36,718 nt of DNA from an uncultured virus (IMG/VR IMGVR_UViG_3300007754_000002) (Duplodnaviria > Heunggongvirae > Uroviricota > Caudoviricetes), in the IMG/VR virus record IMGVR_UViG_3300007754_000002; one strand, given 5' to 3'. The notes beneath the pieces are model-generated. The model saw nothing but the letters and a program-made list of their open reading frames with translations. It was not told where the DNA came from and did not search any database. The stretch's first letter is position 1; every line of letters begins with the position of its first letter. Shown one piece after another: positions 26,185 through 33,182 of the stretch. Made by a program: the position numbers and the translations under genes.

Positions 26185-26498
26185 GTAGGTAGGCTCCAAC
26201 CAACAGACTGGAGCAACTCAGCGATCTTGTGGGGCCTCTCCAGGCACTCCGTCAACGCCTCGGGATCCCATTCCCGAGACTCAACCACGTACAACTCACC
26301 GAACAGCCCCCGGTACTTTCGCCGGTTCTTCCGGCACCAAGACGAGATGGATTCGGCTTCCCCGTGCTTATGCAGCACCACCCGTCCATCCAGAACGGAA
26401 AAGCAGAGACCCACGGAATCCGCCATCAGTTGCATCCGGCCGTTCTCGTAGAAGTAAAACGACCCGTGCTCTTTCCGGTATCTTCTCTTCCGCTTCAT
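26178..26498 (-). CDS. hypothetical protein; stop codon inside tRNA-Asp
   Basis: Start trimmed to MKRKRRYRKEHG. Confidence 0.6.
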   Translation of the reverse strand: MKRKRRYRKEHGSFYFYENGRMQLMADSVGLCFSVLDGRVVLHKHGEAESISSWCRKNRRKYRGLFGELYVVESREWDPEALTECLERPHKIAELLQSVGWSLPTG

Positions 26499-26530
26499 AC
26501 CCCGGATACCGCTGCTGCCCTCAGATAGGG

Positions 26531-27235
26531 CTACGGGAAGACCCCGATATCTTGAAGATGGGTGTAGACCCCCTTCAGAATGGTCTTCTTGGTCTTCGGT
26601 GTCAGGTAGGGCTCTATGTCCGACCACTTGGAGTCTGCTAGGGCGGAGTGGAGAGCCTGTCGAGGCTCCATCCCCATGTCCAGGTACTCCTGCACCTCAG
26701 ACTCAACTCCGGTCACCACGTCTCTCATGAGAGCTTTGACCTCAGCGGGGTGGTTGTGGTGCTTCCGCTTAAACTCCTCTCGGGTGCTGTCGAGAGCGTG
26801 GGCTCCGGAGCCCTTCCCGGACCAGATATCCGCAGCGTGGGTCAACTCATGAGCGAGGATTCGGTACAGCTCGTCTTCCGCGATGTGCCGGGGCCACCGA
26901 TCAAACGACTTGATGTGCGGGTTGACGAACACCATGAGGAGGGGTTCCTCACCAGGACGCTTCTTGAGAAAGCCCCCGTGAATCAATTCACGGTTGAAAG
27001 GATCTGACCGAGGAGACCCACCTACCCGGACCTCAACAACAACCTCTTCTCCCCGGACATTCGTGAGTGGGAACCACTCCTGAGCAATCACTCGTCCAGG
27101 CTTGGGGAGCCCCCAGGCACGAAGCCTCTGAGCCAGCTTCCGGGCGAGATCCGTCAGCTCCTTCGTAGGGAGGGCAATAGGTCGAGCTGCGGTGAGCCAT
27201 CGGTAGGCAACCCGAAGAGAGGAATCCACGATCAA
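26531..27235 (-). CDS. HExxH (zincin-like) protein with RVAYRWLTAARPI leader
   Basis: LAHELTHAAD ... HPAEVKA; paralog of 27232-28005. Confidence 0.75.
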   Translation of the reverse strand: MIVDSSLRVAYRWLTAARPIALPTKELTDLARKLAQRLRAWGLPKPGRVIAQEWFPLTNVRGEEVVVEVRVGGSPRSDPFNRELIHGGFLKKRPGEEPLLMVFVNPHIKSFDRWPRHIAEDELYRILAHELTHAADIWSGKGSGAHALDSTREEFKRKHHNHPAEVKALMRDVVTGVESEVQEYLDMGMEPRQALHSALADSKWSDIEPYLTPKTKKTILKGVYTHLQDIGVFP

Positions 27236-28005
27236 CCCACCAAGCCAGCGTCCTGAGTTGCGGTGTAGACCGCCTTCAGGATCCGGTTTCGGTTCTCGCG
27301 AGTCAAGTGCCGCTGGATTTTCTTCCAGGTGGGGCTCTTCCGCAGGCCCACCCGGATGCCCTCTTCCATGTTGGAGCGGTCGCGGAATCTCTGGACCCTC
27401 ACGGAAGGGATGACTTCCTCTACCACCTGCCTCATGAAGGCTCGGATTTCGTGGGGCTGGTTGATGTAAGCGGCGGCCCCATCCCGGGCATCAGCGGGGC
27501 TGTAGTCGTCCCTCATCCTCCCGACGAGATCTACCGCGTGGGTCACCTCGTGGAGGAGGACCGAGTAGATCTCTCTCTGGAGGAGCCCATTTTGATCCCG
27601 GTACTCAGACGCCGACAGGGCGGAGCTGGCTCGGATTTCCAGGGAGTGTTGAAAGCCACTGAACAGGTCGCTCTGGGAGACCAGACTTCCTCCCAGCAAG
27701 AGGGTCATGTTCCGGGGGGGCCTATTGAGGAACCGGACCTGAATCGGGACATGGAGGTCGCTGGGGACCAGCCCTTCGCCATCCCGAATCACCTGCGAGA
27801 GGGGGAATGAGCCTCCGTCGATCTGACGAGGGATCCTCTGCGAGGAGAGAGGCTCATCCGGATCGCCGCTTCGCGAGTTGATCGCGAGCATAATCCGGCG
27901 GGTGACTTCGGACGTCGCCTCGTTGATCGCCCTCTTGTCCAGCGGGATCGGACGTGCGGCGGTGAGCCACCGATAAGCTACGCGGAGGGGAGATGAAGTC
28001 GTCAT
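27232..28005 (-). CDS. HExxH (zincin-like) protein with RVAYRWLTAARPI leader
   Basis: LLHEVTHAVD ... YINQPHEIRA; start trimmed to MTTSSPLRVAYRW. Confidence 0.75.
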   Translation of the reverse strand: MTTSSPLRVAYRWLTAARPIPLDKRAINEATSEVTRRIMLAINSRSGDPDEPLSSQRIPRQIDGGSFPLSQVIRDGEGLVPSDLHVPIQVRFLNRPPRNMTLLLGGSLVSQSDLFSGFQHSLEIRASSALSASEYRDQNGLLQREIYSVLLHEVTHAVDLVGRMRDDYSPADARDGAAAYINQPHEIRAFMRQVVEEVIPSVRVQRFRDRSNMEEGIRVGLRKSPTWKKIQRHLTRENRNRILKAVYTATQDAGLVG

Positions 28006-28040
28006 ATCCGTCGCGAAGCATAGAGGGTTTAGTGAAGGAA

Positions 28041-28180
28041 TGCCTGTCCCGAGGTGGAGCACAGTGATTGCTCTTTCCCCCCGTAAGAGTGGAGGGGGTG
28101 GGAATCGAACCCACCTAGCGAGATGCTTCTCAACAGCAGTTGCTTCCTGGCTTGTGTGTGCATCCTGGTGGGGACAGGCA
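28041..28180 (-). ncRNA. circularly permuted tRNA-Ala-like RNA (YrlA / two-piece tmRNA topology)
   Basis: Ends pair (TGCCTGTCCC/GGGACAGGCA); order is T arm, acceptor 3' strand CCCCTCCA, linker, GGGGGGA, D arm. Confidence 0.65.
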
Positions 28181-28182
28181 AA

Positions 28183-28255
28183 TGGCTGCAACAGGAATCG
28201 AACCTGTGGCCTGGAGGATATGAGTCTCCTGCTCTTCCAACTGAGCTATACAGCC
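28183..28255 (-). tRNA. tRNA-Met or Ile2 (CAT)
   Basis: Cloverleaf, loop CT-CAT-AT. Confidence 0.85.
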
Positions 28256-28259
28256 TGAA

Positions 28260-28335
28260 TGGTGGGCGGTACAGGGCTCGAACCTGTGACCCTCAGCTTG
28301 TAAAACTGACGCTCTCCCAACTGAGCTAACCGCCC
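28260..28335 (-). tRNA. tRNA-Val(TAC)
   Basis: Cloverleaf, loop TT-TAC-AA, CCA. Confidence 0.92.
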
Positions 28336-28340
28336 TCCTA

Positions 28341-28413
28341 AGCGACAGACCGGGATTGAACCGGCGACCTTCAGCATGGCAAGCTGATGCTCTTCCAACT
28401 GAGCTACTGTCGC
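28341..28413 (-). tRNA. tRNA-Gly(GCC)
   Basis: GCGACAG/CTGTCGC, loop TT-GCC-AT. Confidence 0.9.
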
Positions 28414-28637
28414 GTGAGAGACTTCTGAAGCTGGAGACGGGCCTTCAGGTACGCCCTGGTGTCATCCGTGTGAGCGTCGGAGTGTTCACACGAGCGACAA
28501 CGGACCAGGAAGCCTTCCCGGCCAGCCTTCACTCCAGACTGAGACCCGCAGACCCAACAAGACCCGTAGCCGTTTCGCTCTCGCAAGAGACGGAGCCTCT
28601 TCTGGAGCTTGCGACGACGCTTTCCCTGGTCGGACAT
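28404..28637 (-). CDS. small zinc-ribbon protein; stop codon inside tRNA-Gly
   Basis: GAGG RBS, CWVCG...CRSC. Confidence 0.65.
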   Translation of the reverse strand: MSDQGKRRRKLQKRLRLLRERNGYGSCWVCGSQSGVKAGREGFLVRCRSCEHSDAHTDDTRAYLKARLQLQKSLTRQ

Positions 28638-28649
28638 GGCGGACCTCGA

Positions 28650-28725
28650 TGGCTCCGGGGGCGGGACTTGAACCCGCAACAACCTGATTAACAGTCAGGT
28701 GCTCTGCCAATTGAGCTACCCCGGA
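28650..28725 (-). tRNA. tRNA-Asn(GTT)
   Basis: Cloverleaf, loop CT-GTT-AA, GCCA end. Confidence 0.93.
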
Positions 28726-28757
28726 ATAGGGATGGAATCTACCGGATTCACCGCGAG

Positions 28758-28832
28758 GGTGTAGGACGGGACTTGAACCCGCTTCGTCCAGCTTCACAGG
28801 CTGGCCCCTCGACCACTTTGGGTTCCTACACC
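28758..28832 (-). tRNA. tRNA-His(GTG)
   Basis: G-1:C73 pair, loop CT-GTG-AA. Confidence 0.88.
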
Positions 28833-28840
28833 AGATCAAG

Positions 28841-28913
28841 AGACAGCGGTGGGAGTCGAACCCACTTTTACCCGATTTGCAATCGAGAGCCTTACCGTTC
28901 GCGCCTCGCTGTC
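28841..28913 (-). tRNA. tRNA-Cys(GCA)
   Basis: Loop TT-GCA-AA, U73. Confidence 0.85.
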
Positions 28914-28917
28914 TGAC

Positions 28918-28944
28918 TATACGACTCGCCCTTGGGAAATTGCC
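28918..28944 (-). promoter_or_regulatory. phage promoter-like motif (GGCAAT-N15-CGTATA)
   Basis: Recurring motif just upstream of tRNA-Cys. Confidence 0.55.
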
Positions 28945-28960
28945 GTTTTAGACGGTCAGC

Positions 28961-29207
28961 GGTGAGCGGCGGGGAACCGAACCCCGCATCTCCAGGGTAA
29001 AAACGCTGGCAAGCTGGTCCCTGGTGAGTTTCCATTGCTCCACAATCTCACGCCAACCGAATGGATACTTCCCCAAGACCTCCCGCCTCGATTTCCCGAA
29101 TCATTCGCTTGCCAGCGTCATCTCCCCAGAGGGAGAGCCTCCGAATTGATCCCCGGGAGGTCGGGTGCTTCGTTCTCTCGTGGTTTTAGTCCGGGCTTTC
29201 TCCCGGC
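28961..29207 (-). ncRNA. ~250-nt RNA with 3' tRNA-like domain (copy 1)
   Basis: Homologous to 30672-30921; enlarged anticodon loop GCTTGCCAGCGTT complementary to GACGCTGGCAAGC (29119-29107). Confidence 0.7.
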
Positions 29208-29210
29208 GAG

Positions 29211-29284
29211 TAGGGAGAGGGGGGCTTGAACCCCCGACCTATCGCTTATAAGACGAACGCTCTCACCAACTGAGCTATCTCCCC
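29211..29284 (-). tRNA. tRNA-Ile(TAT)
   Basis: Cloverleaf, loop CT-TAT-AA, A73. Confidence 0.88.
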
Positions 29285-30558
29285 TCAAGGTCTCCCAGGA
29301 CTTGAAACAGCTTCTCTGCGACGACCTTCGTGGTGTGAGGCTCCAGGGCGTAGCTGAACCGAATCCACCGGTCGGCGTACCTGCTGAAGAAGGACCCGGG
29401 GACGATCGCGATCCCGTGCTCCTCCGCCAGCCACAACCCCAGCTCGGCTGAAGTCTGGAAGTCTGCCTTGTCCAGACAATCGCCCACCTCAAGGAAGGCG
29501 TAGTAGCCCTGCCCCATGATGTGTTTGTGGCCTCGGGCGACCAGGAAATCCTTCAGGTATCTCCGGCTCTTGGAGATGGGCTCCAAGATACCTCGACAGG
29601 CCCGGTGATACCCCATCTGGTAAGCGGCCATAGCCACCGCCATTCCGTAGAAGCTTGGGATCACTCCGTGGGAAGCCCGACGCTTCGTGAAGCCCACCAC
29701 TTTCACCGAAGCGATCAGGTGAGCGTTCCTGATGTTGGAGCCTCCGAGGGACTTTGTCACTCCGTCGAGGATGATCAGCCGTTCTCTCTCGTCTGGGGGG
29801 AACATCGCGAAGAAGTCGTTCAGGTCGTAGGGCTCCTCGTCCGTCACGTAGTGGTAGATCCAGTCAAACAGGACGAAGGGGATGCCTTCTGCGATGGCGG
29901 CCTTTGCGATGGCAGCTTGATCGACCAGCGAGGTCACACGACCTGTAGGATTATCCGGGCTGGTTACCACCACCCCTGCGATTCGTCGCCCCTGGCTGGC
30001 TGCGAAGGCTGAGCACTCCCGGATACTGTCCGGGGTCAAGGCCCAGGCGTCCTTCTCTTCTCCAGGGGCCAGGAGAACGTTCGCTCCCATAAGGTAGGGG
30101 CCCCAATTGTAGGAGACCCAAGGTACACGAGGGAGGACGATGAGGTCTCCGGTTCTTCCGTGCCCCAGGTGGAGCATCGCCGCGTATGCCTTCAAGAGAG
30201 CATCTCGGCCCCCAAGGGCTGAGATAACGTTCTGAGGGCCGCCGTAGCGGGAATCCAGCTTCCAGTAGTCTTCGACGACTGACCGCCAGAATGCAGGGAC
30301 TCCGTGGGGCTTCCCGTATGCGGTCCCCCGGTCTCTCTGAAGCCGACAGGCGGCTTCCAGAATCTCGGGCGGGACACCGGGTAGGCTCGCTCCTCCGTCG
30401 CCCTGACAGGCATCGTAGAGCCGGGCTTCCGGGTGCTTCCGGTGGAAGCCCATGAGGGCTTCCCGGAGCCCGAACATCTGATTCTGGGGGATAGGGTGGA
30501 GGGTCTGGAGATCAGAGAGAGGGTGCTCTGTACCCTCAGGGACCACGATGGTCGGCAT
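29275..30558 (-). CDS. PLP-dependent aminotransferase class I/II; stop codon inside tRNA-Ile
   Basis: SPDNPTG, FDWIY, GVTKS, IVPGSFF, IRFSYA; AGGAGG RBS. Confidence 0.9.
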   Translation of the reverse strand: MPTIVVPEGTEHPLSDLQTLHPIPQNQMFGLREALMGFHRKHPEARLYDACQGDGGASLPGVPPEILEAACRLQRDRGTAYGKPHGVPAFWRSVVEDYWKLDSRYGGPQNVISALGGRDALLKAYAAMLHLGHGRTGDLIVLPRVPWVSYNWGPYLMGANVLLAPGEEKDAWALTPDSIRECSAFAASQGRRIAGVVVTSPDNPTGRVTSLVDQAAIAKAAIAEGIPFVLFDWIYHYVTDEEPYDLNDFFAMFPPDERERLIILDGVTKSLGGSNIRNAHLIASVKVVGFTKRRASHGVIPSFYGMAVAMAAYQMGYHRACRGILEPISKSRRYLKDFLVARGHKHIMGQGYYAFLEVGDCLDKADFQTSAELGLWLAEEHGIAIVPGSFFSRYADRWIRFSYALEPHTTKVVAEKLFQVLGDLEGR

Positions 30559-30671
30559 ACCGCCTCCTGTTGCTGTACTACCAGGGGAACAGGGGCTTTA
30601 CCGCTCGGTTTTTACCCTCTCCAGGAGGGCTTTAAAGGGTGCCGTTTTAGACTCTCCACGTCGCGTTGATT

Positions 30672-30921
30672 CGGCTCGGTCTGGGAGGAGTCGAACCCCC
30701 GCCCTCCGATTTTCCAAACGCTAGCAAGCTATCGGCGCTCTGCCCACTGAGCTACAGCCGAGCAGTCCCGCGGGCTTTGAGAATGGGCACTCCCTGGTTT
30801 CCGCGAAGCGTACTAAGGAATCGGTAGCTTGCTAGCGTCTTCCCGAAGGAAGACCCCTATTGAAACCCGGGGGCTCGGGCTGATCCGTTTCTTCTCCGTT
30901 TCTCCAGGGCAGGTCCCCGGC
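30672..30921 (-). ncRNA. ~250-nt RNA with 3' tRNA-like domain (copy 2)
   Basis: D arm GCTC/GAGC, T-loop TTCGACT, enlarged loop TAGCTTGCTAGCGTTT complementary to AGACGCTAGCAAGCTA (30840-30825). Confidence 0.7.
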
Positions 30922-30924
30922 GAG

Positions 30925-30998
30925 TCGGGATAGCAGGATTTGAACCTGCGACCTTCGGTCCCCCAGACCGACGCGCTTCCAGGCTGCGCTATATCCCG
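30925..30998 (-). tRNA. tRNA-Pro(GGG)
   Basis: CGGGATA/TATCCCG, loop CT-GGG-GG. Confidence 0.92.
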
Positions 30999-31101
30999 AA
31001 AACCAGCGGAACCACGCCGATCCCTCGGCGGGGCGGAGGCTAGCCACCTCCTCTCACGTCCTCACGACTTGCTGGTTAGCCGTTGAGCCAACAACTCAAC
31101 T

Positions 31102-31929
31102 CTAAAACTCGGCACGATGGGGATCAGCCCAATCGATCTTACCCTGGGCCATGTCCTTCACGGCGGAGGGGACCTGATGGGGCTCGATGACCGGCATGTC
31201 CCGTCGGGCAGGTGCCCAGGAGGGGACTGACTTGGTCACAAGATCCGCGTGCCCAGCCATTTTTTCGATTCCGGCCTCTTCCGAGCCGAAAACAGCGACC
31301 AGAGTGCTCTTCACATCCTCAGGGCTCCAGGGGAACTTTCCTGGAAGCCCGTTGACCGTGGCCTGCTCCAGAAGCGCCCGGACCTTCGGAGCTGTGTAGT
31401 CAGCGAGTGAGCCTTTCCCGGGCTTGCCGTTACGGACCCGGAATTTCCCCTTGGTGAGCAGGTTGAGAACCTGAACGAGCTTCGCTCCAGGCAGGGCGGC
31501 CTGATAACCGCCGACAGTACCGGCTGATCCCGTCGCAAGGATGGTAGCCGACCAACGGTGGTGACCATCCATAATGTGATTGTCCGAGGAAATCAGGGCT
31601 CCGAGGTCGCCGCCGACCTTGCCTGTCTTGAGCATGAAGAGAGCCATGCCGATGCTCTTCGCCAACACCATTGAGGTTTGGCTGGGCTTGAGCGAGGAGG
31701 CTGGGAACGAAGCTTTGCGGACAGGGATCTTGTCGTCCGACCGGTCGCCATCCTCAAGGCCTGATTGGACGATGATTTCAGCCAACGAAGGGTCGATCTG
31801 GCTGAGCTGGCCGGCTCGCTCCACCTGCTGCTTCACACGGCGTGCGTCTGCAAGTAGCGGCAGGAGCCCTGCCCGCAGTTCGGGATGGGCATGAGCCATG
31901 CGAATCACTCTCTTCCGCAGACTGGACAT
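31102..31929 (-). CDS. ParB/Srx-like domain protein with LRxxxIRxAHxxPELR leader
   Basis: LKPSQ ... ISSDNHIMDGHHRWSA; AAGGAGG RBS. Confidence 0.8.
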   Translation of the reverse strand: MSSLRKRVIRMAHAHPELRAGLLPLLADARRVKQQVERAGQLSQIDPSLAEIIVQSGLEDGDRSDDKIPVRKASFPASSLKPSQTSMVLAKSIGMALFMLKTGKVGGDLGALISSDNHIMDGHHRWSATILATGSAGTVGGYQAALPGAKLVQVLNLLTKGKFRVRNGKPGKGSLADYTAPKVRALLEQATVNGLPGKFPWSPEDVKSTLVAVFGSEEAGIEKMAGHADLVTKSVPSWAPARRDMPVIEPHQVPSAVKDMAQGKIDWADPHRAEF

Positions 31930-32169
31930 GACTTCAGCCTCCTTTTTTAAGAAAGAGGGATAGAAGCATTACCGGTGGCGTGAGGAAGAAGGAAGACCCA
32001 GGAAACTCGTGGTCTAAGCACGAGCCCTTCTCTATAGAAGGCTCTTGTTCCTCAAGGGCTCTGGGTTCAGCCCTATCTCCCGGGGACGAATCGGCGTCCC
32101 TACCCAGGTGCCGTCCTGGGCTTCAGCGACACCCACCTACTGACACGGCTTGTCGGTGGGCCGGAGAGA

Positions 32170-32242
<73 letters not shown>

Positions 32243-32244
32243 GT

Positions 32245-32495
32245 ATGCCCTGGAGGACCCCGGCCGGGGTCCTCCTAGCCTGAAGGAGGGCGAGGTACAC
32301 CCCCGCCTTAGCTTCGTTCCTCGCAAGGGCCCCTGCGATTCAACCTTCAGATCCAGTCGGGCGGTATCTGGAAATTCCCGCCACCGCCCACGGTCAGCAT
32401 CAGGTACTTCACGACCTCCCCGAAGGGAGACCCTCCCCAGGCTTACGCCTGGACGTTTTCATGGGCCACGAACCGCACCTGACTGTCATGGCGGG
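32245..32495 (-). ncRNA. candidate multi-domain structured RNA
   Basis: Nested stems, GTAA and TTCG tetraloops, 24-bp palindrome at 32252-32275; no credible ORF. Confidence 0.45.
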
Positions 32496-32498
32496 GAA

Positions 32499-32575
32499 TG
32501 GTTGGGGGAGCGGGAATTGAACCCGCCACCTCGGCCTTATCAGGACCGCGCTCTTACCATCTGAGCTATCCCCCA
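32499..32575 (-). tRNA. tRNA-Ile(GAT)
   Basis: Loop CT-GAT-AA, ACCA end. Confidence 0.92.
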
Positions 32576-32726
32576 ATAGGGTGAACCTGCCCCACGAGCC
32601 GTCAACAGCGGGATCCTTCGCCTCGGGCTTGCGGGCTTTACCGCCACTCCACCGCGGAGTTGAGCGACGACCAGGGAACCGGTCCTTATCCCTGTTGGAG
32701 CGGTCATGCGTGACACTCCGCTCCGA

Positions 32727-32801
32727 TGGTGGGTCTGGAGGGACTCGAACCCCCAACCTAGCGATTAAGAGTCGCTTGCTCTTCCATTGAGCCACAGACC
32801 C
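32727..32801 (-). tRNA. tRNA-Lys(CTT)
   Basis: Loop CT-CTT-AA, ACCA end. Confidence 0.92.
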
Positions 32802-32892
32802 AGGAAGGAGAGTGCCACCTATGTCACCACAGCGGCAGGCCGGGTAGCTCCCGTGTGACCCCGGGCTGGCCCCTTACAACCTTTCTCTCCTA

Positions 32893-33032
32893 TGGAGGCA
32901 GCGGTAGGAATCGAACCTACTTATGCTTGTGGGCTCTTCCGAGGATCCCCTGGGAGGGGGAGGAGATGGGGAGCCGGGAGGCGTTAACCTCCGGGTGATG
33001 ATCCCGGTGCTCATCCATTGAGCTTCACTGCC
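32893..33032 (-). ncRNA. giant-insert tRNA-like RNA A (loop ATCATCA)
   Basis: Acceptor GGCAGTG/CGCTGCC-T-CCA, D and T arms, ~70-nt insert ending CCCACAAGCATAA. Confidence 0.75.
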
Positions 33033-33035
33033 ATA

Positions 33036-33177
33036 TGGAGCCGTTGGTAGGAATCGAACCTACTAATTTGCTTGTGGGCTAGCTGGGAGGATCTCCCGAA
33101 GGAGAGGAGGCCAACAGCCGGAGGTCGCAAGACCTCCACCTTAAAAGGGTGGTGCTCAACCATTGAGCTTCAACGGC
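33036..33177 (-). ncRNA. giant-insert tRNA-like RNA B (Lys-type loop CT-TTT-AA)
   Basis: Acceptor GCCGTTG/CAACGGC-T-CCA, insert ending CCCACAAGCAAATTA. Confidence 0.75.
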
Positions 33178-33182
33178 AAATT

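Noticed and set aside
28006..28191. N-terminal extension of ORF 27232-28191
   Set aside because: It overlaps RNA genes; paralog alignment places the start at 28005.
32685..32700. ACAGGGATAA resembling the 23S peptidyl-transferase loop
   Set aside because: Match of about 10 nt only, and it is part of a local hairpin.
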